Positions 8,656 through 16,434 of a stretch of DNA of 64,000 bases are shown piece after piece (the first letter of the stretch is position 1; each line of letters starts with the position of its first letter). Both the position numbers and the translations under genes were made by a program. Below the pieces are notes generated by a model. That model did no database searches and was not told the origin of the DNA. It was given only the letters and a program-made list of their open reading frames with translations. The stretch is from an uncultured Desulfuromonadaceae bacterium (GTDB taxonomy: Bacteria > SDB-A): positions 134 to 64,133 of the forward strand of contig CAYNIW010000003.1 of the NCBI GenBank assembly GCA_964397545.1, given 5' to 3'.

Positions 8656-10509
8656 TTACTCCATTACAGTAACTTTCTTCGTAAATGACCTTCCTCCCGC
8701 CGTGCAAGTGACAATAAACACGCCATTATGGGAAGGTTGATAATCGACATTATAGACATCAGCCCTAAAGACGCCCGACATGGGTTCGTCCAGCAGTCTT
8801 CCTGTTACGTCAAATATTCTGATAGATACTTCGGATGATAGTGTGAGATTAAGTCTGATAGAGATTTTTCCCTGAAGTGAAGGCAAAACATCAAAAAAAA
8901 CAGGTAGATAATGGTCGTTTTCTTGGACTCCCATTGTTCCTATGGCCCAAAAACAAAACTGCTGTGCGGGAGCTCCTTCAGGATCATACGAAACTATTCC
9001 GACCTGATTAACGCCGCTTATGTAATAACATATCTGCACTGTGTCGTAGAAGTTTATAGCGGGAATGAAACCGTAAAACCAATCATCTCCCTGAGCATTC
9101 ATCGCTACAGAAACAATTGAATTATCAAAACCCCATCGCCTGTAGTTCAAAAAGACACCTGATATGCCGGTGGAATCATAAACTTTCGTGAAAACAGGAA
9201 ACGGTCCGGAATAATTTATGTCATGCCAGACTGTCGTAGATTCAATCGCGGGCCCGACAAACATTGAATCAACCAGAAAGCAGTAAGCGCTATCTGGTCC
9301 CTGAGCAGGATCGAATGAGAAGAAAGTTCTGTCCCAGGCTTGAATGTAATACATGACAGTGTCAGGAGACTGTGTAACCTGAGGAATAGAATCAAGATAA
9401 TCCGGTTCTGAAACCATCGTCATGCGCTTCACGCAATACCCGGGATCTTCACTCCTTTTGTAAAACAAAAGAACGCTGTCAACTCCCGAATGGTCTGTCG
9501 CTTTTGTGTTTATTAAATAGGGACCTAAACTTGCCGTGTTGTGGATAACAGTCGTGTTTGATATAACAGGCGGAAAAGTGTCTACAGAGGAGCAAGCAAA
9601 AATTTTCAATCCGCCGTATCCGTCTGCTACATAGACTTGTTCTCCAGTCATGAACACATCACAGGTATAACCGCTCAATAAAGCTGAGTCGCACGGAAAA
9701 GGATTGGCAGGATTCGTGACGTCGACAAGATATATTCCTCTGTCCAAATCGGATACAGTGACATAGCCGCTGTCGTAGAAATTATGGTAGTTTAGATATG
9801 AAAAATAATACTCTGACATTAAAAACGGATTTGAAGGATCTAAAATATTGACAATATTAAAACTCCCGTTTACCTGGGTTAAATAGGCGTAATTTACATG
9901 GACTGAAACGTCAGATGCATAACCATCCCCGGTAAAATTTCCTGTTATGAAAGGAGCGCTTGGATTTGTTATGTCAATAATATAAAGATTTCCCGCTGCC
10001 AAGTATGCAAAATTGCCCAAAATGTCCAACCCTATCGCGTTGCGATTAATTGATAATTGAGAAACCAACAACGGTAACGTGGGATTTGTAACGTTTAATA
10101 TCATCAGATAACCAGTTTTAGCCAAAGCTGCGTAGGCATTGCCGTTTTGAACTTGAACTGAATAAACTGCATTGGGGCAATCGTACTGACCGACGAGAAC
10201 AGGATTTGTGGGATTGCTCACATCAACGATTTTCAATCCTTGGTTGAAATCTGCCGTGCCTACATACGCATAGCCGTCTTCAACATAAACACAAAACGAG
10301 TTTGAGTTCAAGTCAACATTTCCGGTGAGAACAGGGTGCTGAGGATCTGAGATATTTATAATATCGAGACCTGCACCATACGATGCGACGTAAGCAAATG
10401 AATCAAGGACGAAAACTTCGTTTGCTTTGTCCGAGGTCGGACACTGACCTTGATATAATAAAAACGGCAAAGATATTACCGCATAACATACAAAAACTAT
10501 GCATGGCAT
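8656..10509 (-). CDS. Exported LVIVD-repeat protein with T9SS/FlgD-type C-terminal domain
   Basis: Repeats such as YAYVGTADFNQGLKIVDVSNPTNPVLVG; tail IRIFDVTGRLL...GVFIV...KKVTVME; ATG at 10509 follows GGAGG. Confidence 0.8.
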   Translation of the reverse strand: MPCIVFVCYAVISLPFLLYQGQCPTSDKANEVFVLDSFAYVASYGAGLDIINISDPQHPVLTGNVDLNSNSFCVYVEDGYAYVGTADFNQGLKIVDVSNPTNPVLVGQYDCPNAVYSVQVQNGNAYAALAKTGYLMILNVTNPTLPLLVSQLSINRNAIGLDILGNFAYLAAGNLYIIDITNPSAPFITGNFTGDGYASDVSVHVNYAYLTQVNGSFNIVNILDPSNPFLMSEYYFSYLNYHNFYDSGYVTVSDLDRGIYLVDVTNPANPFPCDSALLSGYTCDVFMTGEQVYVADGYGGLKIFACSSVDTFPPVISNTTVIHNTASLGPYLINTKATDHSGVDSVLLFYKRSEDPGYCVKRMTMVSEPDYLDSIPQVTQSPDTVMYYIQAWDRTFFSFDPAQGPDSAYCFLVDSMFVGPAIESTTVWHDINYSGPFPVFTKVYDSTGISGVFLNYRRWGFDNSIVSVAMNAQGDDWFYGFIPAINFYDTVQICYYISGVNQVGIVSYDPEGAPAQQFCFWAIGTMGVQENDHYLPVFFDVLPSLQGKISIRLNLTLSSEVSIRIFDVTGRLLDEPMSGVFRADVYNVDYQPSHNGVFIVTCTAGGRSFTKKVTVME

Positions 10510-11048
10510 AAAAACCTCCAATTTAGAAGTTTATTAGATTTATTATACACTTTTCCGAATACATTTTTTTGCATATTTTTTTTTGCATTACTTTTTAAAA
10601 ATAAATTTTCACTCATTTCGATTTCCAATATGTAATTCTACAACATTCATAAGCATTTTTTATTCCATTATTAGATATTTGTTAAACCTCTATATTATTT
10701 GATTTGTAATCAGAGTTAAATTTTTATCTTTTGCATTGTGCTAAATTACATTAGATTTCATGCAAAATGCAAATCACTGATCCAAAAGACTTATGTATCA
10801 ATTACTGTTTGGAATATTTAAAACAATGAGACGGAGAATGACTTTTATTATTATCAATATTCTTATAAAAACAGGGGTTAGATCAAAAGTAAATTTTATT
10901 GTAAAACTATTAACCGAATTGTTTAATTTTCTAACACCGCAGAATAAATTTGTTGAATATATCTTTGTTTACTTTTCCAAGTATTGCGTATAAACTCCTT
11001 TTCCCTGAAAAATAGTTTTTCATAATATTTCATAAAAGGATTCATAAA

Positions 11049-12872
11049 ATGCCGAATCAAAAAAGAAGAAAAGATATAAGGAACATAGCCATAATAGCTC
11101 ACGTAGATCACGGAAAGACGACTCTAGTAGATGCTCTTCTGAAACAGACAGGAGCTCACGAATTCAAGGAAGGCGAACACGCAATAATGGACGTAAATCC
11201 GCTCGAAAAAGAAAGAGGAATAACCATCGTGTCTAAAAACGCATCCATTCCCTACAAAGGCGTCCAGATAAACATAGTGGATACTCCCGGACATGCCGAT
11301 TTCGGGAGCGAAGTCGAAAGAATCCTGAAAATGGTGGACGGCGTTCTTCTCCTCGTGGACGCCTTTGAAGGACCTATGCCCCAGACAAAATTCGTCTTGA
11401 AAAAATCTCTCGAACTGCACCTAAAGCCTATTCTCGTCATAAACAAAATTGACAGAAAAAACTGCAGACCCGCTGAGGTCGCGGATATGACTTTCGATCT
11501 TTTCTGCCAGTTGAATGCCACAGACGAACAGCTCGATTTTCCGATTGTCTATACCTCTGCAAAAAACGGCACTGCGACACTTGATCTGGATGAAGAAGGC
11601 AAAACAATGAAGCCTCTCCTCGACACCATACTCCGCAGAGTTCTTCCGCCTGTAGCTGATCCCGACAGGCCTTTTCAGATGTTAGTGACAATGCTCGATT
11701 ACGACTCTTATCTTGGCAGATACTCCATTGGCAGAATATTTCATGGAAAAATTTCCAACGGGAGCCCTGTCGTCCTGATAAAGACCGACGGAACTGTAAA
11801 AGAAGCCAAAATAACAAAGCTTCTAAAATACATGGGCTTAAAAAGAGTCCAAGCTTCTTCAGCCTCTGCGGGAGATATAATACTCGCCTCAGGCATTGAC
11901 GATGTTCACGTCGGAGAAACTCTTGCTTCTCCAGAATTCCCAGTGGCTCTCCCGAAAATAAAAATTGACGAACCGACGATATCAGTAGTCTTTTCACACA
12001 ACACAAGCCCTCTTTCAGGAAGAGACGGCGGCCGTTTTCTAACATCGAGGCAGATAAGAGAAAGACTCGAATATGAAGCTCTCACAAACGTCGGGATAAA
12101 AATCGAAAAGTTTGAAGGTTCGGAAAAAATCAAAGTTTCAGGAAGGGGAGAACTGCACATTTCAATACTCATGGAGACGATGCGCAGGGAAGGATACGAA
12201 TTCGAAGTTTCAGCTCCGGAAGTTATAATGATTAAAATGAACGGAGACACTCTGGAGCCTGTAGAAGAAGTCCTCATAGAAATAGATCAGGGATATCAGG
12301 GCAGAGTGATAGAAGTTCTCGGTTCAAGGAAAGCGGAGCTTAAAAGCATGAAGACGACTTCCATCGGTACAGTCCGTCTGGAATTTCTAATACCTACGAG
12401 AGGCTTTATGGGCTTCAGGAGTGAATTCCTCAGAATGACCCGCGGAACAGGGACGATGTATCAGAATTTCTATATGTACCAAAAATTCAAAGGAGAGATC
12501 CAAAAGAGAAGAGGTCCGACTCAGATATCTATGAACGCCGGAAAAGCATCGGGTTACGCCCTCTTCGGGCTTCAGGAGAGAGGAGAAATATTCATTAAAC
12601 CCTCAGACGATGTATATGAAGGTATGATAATAGGGACAAGCCACAAGTCGAGCGACCTTGTAGTCAACGCGACGAAGGAGAAAAAGCTGACGAACATAAG
12701 AGCCGCTGGTTCCGACGATGCGATAAGGTTGACGCCTCCGAGAGAGATAACCCTCGAATTCGGACTCGAATTCATACAGGAAGATGAACTCATGGAAATT
12801 ACTCCCAAAACCATACGATTTAGAAAAAAACTGCTGACAGAGAACGAGAGAAAAAGATATTCCGCCGAATGA
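11049..12872 (+). CDS. typA: Translational GTPase TypA/BipA
   Basis: IRNIAIIAHVDHGKTTLVD, ERGITI, DTPGHADFG, NKID, GRGELHI, and C-terminal DDAIRLTPP...DELMEITPKTIR. Confidence 0.97.
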   Translation: MPNQKRRKDIRNIAIIAHVDHGKTTLVDALLKQTGAHEFKEGEHAIMDVNPLEKERGITIVSKNASIPYKGVQINIVDTPGHADFGSEVERILKMVDGVLLLVDAFEGPMPQTKFVLKKSLELHLKPILVINKIDRKNCRPAEVADMTFDLFCQLNATDEQLDFPIVYTSAKNGTATLDLDEEGKTMKPLLDTILRRVLPPVADPDRPFQMLVTMLDYDSYLGRYSIGRIFHGKISNGSPVVLIKTDGTVKEAKITKLLKYMGLKRVQASSASAGDIILASGIDDVHVGETLASPEFPVALPKIKIDEPTISVVFSHNTSPLSGRDGGRFLTSRQIRERLEYEALTNVGIKIEKFEGSEKIKVSGRGELHISILMETMRREGYEFEVSAPEVIMIKMNGDTLEPVEEVLIEIDQGYQGRVIEVLGSRKAELKSMKTTSIGTVRLEFLIPTRGFMGFRSEFLRMTRGTGTMYQNFYMYQKFKGEIQKRRGPTQISMNAGKASGYALFGLQERGEIFIKPSDDVYEGMIIGTSHKSSDLVVNATKEKKLTNIRAAGSDDAIRLTPPREITLEFGLEFIQEDELMEITPKTIRFRKKLLTENERKRYSAE

Positions 12873-12903
12873 GAATCCGCAGATCTAAAGCCGGTATTGA
12901 CTC

Positions 12904-13197
12904 ATGAATATTACAGGTTTCTCTGACGAAAAAATAATTGCCTACGCTAAAAAAAGAAATCTTTCGCTTTACATATCAGAAGAAGCCATAATCAGGGGTT
13001 GATGAAGCGCTTCATACGGCCCGGTCGGGTCGCTTGTCGGAGATATCGAAAACTTATCCGATTCCATTTCGTTTGAATATCAAGGGGTCAAGATATTCGT
13101 CCAAAAAGACTTGTTTGACAAATATTTAGAAAATGGATATCTCAAGTTCTTTACAGACAAATTCATCTGGACAGAGATTGTTTTTTCAAAAATCTAA
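12904..13197 (+). CDS. Candidate HesB/IscA-like selenoprotein with tandem Sec (G-U-U)
   Basis: ATG 12904 to TAA 13197, interrupted only by TGA-TGA at 13000-13005: MNITGFSDEKIIAYAKKRNLSLYISEEAIIRG-U-U-SASYGPVGSLVGDIENLSDSISFEYQGVKIFVQKDLFDKYLENGYLKFFTDKFIWTEIVFSKI. Fills the gap between typA and the convergent gene. FEYQGVKIFV is HesB-like. SECIS-like hairpin downstream. Absent from the ORF track. Confidence 0.8.
13017..13032 (+). promoter_or_regulatory. SECIS-like hairpin after the tandem UGA-UGA
   Basis: CGGCCC-GGUC-GGGUCG: 6-bp stem with one G-U pair and a G-containing tetraloop, starting 11 nt after the second UGA. Confidence 0.7.
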
Positions 13198-13199
13198 AT

Positions 13200-13775
13200 T
13201 CAAAAAAAAATATTATATATCGCCTCAGAAAAGACAATCGCCGTAAAAAGCCCTATTGAAACCATTGCCGCTTTCCCATCAACCTCGCCCCTTGATTTTC
13301 CTAGGCCGAATTTTTCTCCTATTCCGTGCCAGAGAGCAAATCCAAGGCTTGAAGCAGCTGCTCCGAAAAGAACCATCACCCACAAAGGGCTTCCCATTCT
13401 CGACATGTCCTGAGCGTCGCCCAAACCCTGAATTGATCCCAGTCCGATGTAAAAACCGTTCGCTATAAGGCAAAAGCCGGCTAAAAACCGAAACATATAG
13501 CGACCCGGCAATCTCAAAATCCTTGCCGCCGCGCAAATGACAAGACCAAACAAACTTCCGAAAAAAGGTCCCGCCCAAACGACAAAAAAAGGATGTGGAT
13601 TGTGGGAAAGCCCGGTCATTGAAACTGAAAGGGGATGAAGATAGACCTTTTCAATTTTACCTCCTGTCAAATATGCCCCTAAAACGTGTCCGAGTTCGTG
13701 AAAAACCTGCATGATCAGCCAGCAGAAGCCCGTGAATGAAAATATCAACGCAAATTGTTTGAATCTGACTTTCAA
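13200..13775 (-). CDS. Membrane protein with HEXXH motif (M50/M50B peptidase-like)
   Basis: VFHELGHVLGA inside a hydrophobic segment, WAGP motif, several TM helices; TTG start overlaps the upstream stop. Confidence 0.65.
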   Translation of the reverse strand: MKVRFKQFALIFSFTGFCWLIMQVFHELGHVLGAYLTGGKIEKVYLHPLSVSMTGLSHNPHPFFVVWAGPFFGSLFGLVICAAARILRLPGRYMFRFLAGFCLIANGFYIGLGSIQGLGDAQDMSRMGSPLWVMVLFGAAASSLGFALWHGIGEKFGLGKSRGEVDGKAAMVSIGLFTAIVFSEAIYNIFF

Positions 13776-14746
13776 ATATGCAGTTCCACTATGTCTTTAT
13801 CAGACAACTTGTGATCCCTGCTGACAAGCTGGCCGTCATATATTCCCGAGCCCCAGACTTTGGCGGATCTTAAATGTTTTCTGAAATCCTGATGAACGAC
13901 GGAAGCGAAATCTTCGACGGTGGAGCCTTTTTTCAAAACAAAAGGCATGGTCAAATCCGCTTGGAAACCGGGTTTTTTTGAATATACTCTGATGACATTC
14001 AGTTCATTGAAAAATTTTTCTCTGAGTCCGTCGAGATTCCATCCGGTTTTCGAAGAAACGGGTACGGGGTCAAAAGGACAATCACTGAGTTTTTTAAAAA
14101 TCTCAAAATCTTCTGCAAATTCCGAACCGTCGTGTTTATTTGCAATTACAATGATTTTCGCCCTGTGTGATTTTTCATCAAAAGCTTCTACTTCCGGTTC
14201 TATCCTGTGTTCTCTTAAAATATCGAGGGTCTCTGCGGTCTGCGTGAAAGGGTCTCCTTCGAGATCTACTGTCAAAGCCAACAGATCGGCTCTTTTCATC
14301 ATGTCGAAAAGTTCGGGCATCACGAACTCTTTGTTTAAAGGCGGCGTGTCTATTAGCTGAATATGAATGTCTTGGTACTGCATCATTCCGGGCATAGGGT
14401 TCCAGGTTGTATGCGGATTCGGGCTTATTTCTGGTATCGCGTGAGTCAATGAGGCGAGCAGTGAAGACTTTCCTGCATTTGTCTGTCCAATAAGGACTAT
14501 CTGACCCGCTCCTTCCTTTTTTATACAAAAGACCGATTCATGTCTTGATGAACTCTTTCTGGAATTTATAGACTCTTTGAGCTTGGAGAGCTTTTTTCTC
14601 AAGTCAGCCCTTAGCTTGTCAGTCCCTTTATGCTTTGGAACAGTACCTATAAGTTCTTCGAGCAGTGTTATCTTTTGTGGCAGGTCTGTCGCGTTTTTGT
14701 ATCTCTTTTCAGCTTCAAAATACTCAGGCGGCAGATTTGTCGGCAT
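13772..14746 (-). CDS. OBG/DRG-like GTPase with C-terminal TGS domain
   Basis: MPTNLPPEY N-terminus, PKHKGTDKL, G1 GQTNAGKSS, G3 DTPP, G4 NKHD, TGS GSTVEDFA...VH...DIVELH. Confidence 0.85.
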   Translation of the reverse strand: MPTNLPPEYFEAEKRYKNATDLPQKITLLEELIGTVPKHKGTDKLRADLRKKLSKLKESINSRKSSSRHESVFCIKKEGAGQIVLIGQTNAGKSSLLASLTHAIPEISPNPHTTWNPMPGMMQYQDIHIQLIDTPPLNKEFVMPELFDMMKRADLLALTVDLEGDPFTQTAETLDILREHRIEPEVEAFDEKSHRAKIIVIANKHDGSEFAEDFEIFKKLSDCPFDPVPVSSKTGWNLDGLREKFFNELNVIRVYSKKPGFQADLTMPFVLKKGSTVEDFASVVHQDFRKHLRSAKVWGSGIYDGQLVSRDHKLSDKDIVELHI

Positions 14747-14753
14747 ACCTGTC

Positions 14754-15551
14754 CTAATTCAGCCCGTATTCGTCATTCATTTCATCCCTCAGTTTTTTTA
14801 TCATGCCGAGAGCTCTCTTTAACTTTTTTGGCAACATTGAAGGTTCGGAGATAAAAAGAAGATCGCAGACGGTTTTGAATACATCAGGAGGATAATCTCT
14901 CTTTGAATACCTGAAACCGAAATCATACTTGCTCTTTCTGTATTTGAGATTTAGTAATCCTGCGAGGTGTCTGTTTAATATGGCATCGTAACTCGTTTTG
15001 GCATCTACATAATTTCCTCTTGTGCAGTTTTTCCTCGCTTCAATTTCCAAAATCCAGAAAGGCCCTTTATCGAGATTTTCTAAAAATTTTAAGCATTTTT
15101 CTCTTAAAGCATCTTCTTTTAGAGGCGAACTGTCTATTATTGATTTTTTATCGAACCATACCTTGGCGATTCCGTGTCTGTCGCTTTCTGTAAGTTTGTC
15201 TTTTGAAGACAGCTTCATCACCGCCAAATCTATGTAATAATACAAAGGAGAGTTTTTTAGGAGATAAAAACACTGGGAGTGCCCGTGCCAGGTCGGTTCC
15301 GGCATTCTAAATCTGTTGTTAATTGCATTTTCTTTTTCAAGGTAATTCTCAATTATCTCAAAGACTTCTTCTACAAAATCATCTTCGCACACAACTGCGA
15401 GATCGAGATCTGAATAATCGTCGTTAAAACCCGTAGCGACAGATCCTCCTTCCCAACACGCAATAACTTTTTCTTCTCTAAATAGAATACTTTTTAAACC
15501 CTCATCCATTTTATGCCGGTAATTCTGCGCTTTTATATCTATATTTACCAT
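14754..15551 (-). CDS. Nucleotidyltransferase (Pol beta superfamily) domain protein
   Basis: GGSVATGFNDDYSDLDLAV (G-S...D-x-D) followed by a helical C-terminal domain. Confidence 0.7.
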   Translation of the reverse strand: MVNIDIKAQNYRHKMDEGLKSILFREEKVIACWEGGSVATGFNDDYSDLDLAVVCEDDFVEEVFEIIENYLEKENAINNRFRMPEPTWHGHSQCFYLLKNSPLYYYIDLAVMKLSSKDKLTESDRHGIAKVWFDKKSIIDSSPLKEDALREKCLKFLENLDKGPFWILEIEARKNCTRGNYVDAKTSYDAILNRHLAGLLNLKYRKSKYDFGFRYSKRDYPPDVFKTVCDLLFISEPSMLPKKLKRALGMIKKLRDEMNDEYGLN

Positions 15552-16420
15552 ATTAACACAGCCCTGATTTCAGCGTTTGAAGGATCTGATCCCTTTCTGA
15601 TTTTTCCGGAAAGCCACCATCCGTCGTTTTCGAGAACAAAAGAGATCTTTTCTTCCGCTACTATCAAAACCGGTTCACCGCCATCCCCCCACTCGGGGGT
15701 CAATTCACCATACGCGAGAGTTGCTTCTTCGTAAGTTGAACCTACTGCGATGCCTTTTTCTGTCATAAAATCAGAATTGTATACAGTCATTGAAAAAACT
15801 TCTGTTTGAGTTTCATCGAAAAAAAACTCAATAACATCATGCTCCGAATCTACAAATAATTTATATACCGTTTCTTCGACACCTTCAATATTCCTCAAAG
15901 AACTGTCAATTATTAAGTCATCATACGCTATAATGTTATATAAAATGTCCTCTTTTTTCATGCCCAAACCGAATAACCCGGCTCTTCCCCCTTTTATCCT
16001 GTAAAGGCAAGATCGATCTGCACCTGCGTCAACAAGGTATCTGATTATTTTGACATTACCTCTTTCAACAGAAATTTCAAATGGTGTAAGCCCTGATATA
16101 CTGTCATAATAATCAAAAAGAGCCCCTTTGGAGAGCAATAGATCAACCAGTTCTTCATTTTGTTTTTCAATAGCATACAAAATGGGAGTTCTGCCGTCTT
16201 TTGACTTGTCGTTCACATCTGCGCCAGCACTAATTATTTCGGCAACAAGATCCATGTTCTCTTTTTCTATTGCAAGTATCAAAGGCGTATAACCATCGCT
16301 GTTTTTTGATTGGATGCCTTCAAAACCGTTTTCCCTGAGAAAAACTTCTAAGGGCGTCTTTGTCTTAAAGCAGGCTAAAACCATTGTGATAAAAAAGGCT
16401 ATAATTAACCAATTCTTCAT
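15545..16420 (-). CDS. Ankyrin-repeat lipoprotein
   Basis: Lipobox MVLAC; ankyrin repeats GYTPLILAIEK, GRTPILYAIEK, GLTPFEISVER. Confidence 0.8.
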   Translation of the reverse strand: MKNWLIIAFFITMVLACFKTKTPLEVFLRENGFEGIQSKNSDGYTPLILAIEKENMDLVAEIISAGADVNDKSKDGRTPILYAIEKQNEELVDLLLSKGALFDYYDSISGLTPFEISVERGNVKIIRYLVDAGADRSCLYRIKGGRAGLFGLGMKKEDILYNIIAYDDLIIDSSLRNIEGVEETVYKLFVDSEHDVIEFFFDETQTEVFSMTVYNSDFMTEKGIAVGSTYEEATLAYGELTPEWGDGGEPVLIVAEEKISFVLENDGWWLSGKIRKGSDPSNAEIRAVLIW

Positions 16421-16434
16421 TGTTTCCCCTTATT

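Noticed and set aside
10510-11048. AT-rich spacer as oriC; also ORF-track calls 10793-10993 and 10923-11111
   Set aside because: I saw only one imperfect DnaA-box-like sequence (TTATACACT) and no dnaA/dnaN nearby; the small ORFs have no RBS or recognisable homology.
11124-12814. Long antisense ORFs opposite typA, and similar ones opposite selD, the dcw genes, polA and the TPR gene
   Set aside because: They are shadows of well-supported genes on the other strand, with no RBS or family motifs.
13000-13005. Genome-wide reassignment of UGA (code 4 or 25) as the explanation for the internal TGAs
   Set aside because: Many conserved genes here end at TGA at the expected length (e.g. typA, lptF, ftsZ, radC), often in ATGA overlaps, and no housekeeping gene is interrupted by TGA. 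The internal TGAs in coding frames are confined to Cys-equivalent positions with downstream hairpins.
4590-13200. tRNA-Sec (selC) or a known riboswitch near the selenium genes
   Set aside because: No cloverleaf with a UCA anticodon and no SAM, Moco or c-di-GMP consensus was recognisable by eye in the intergenic regions; a tRNAscan-SE/Infernal run would be needed to exclude them fully.
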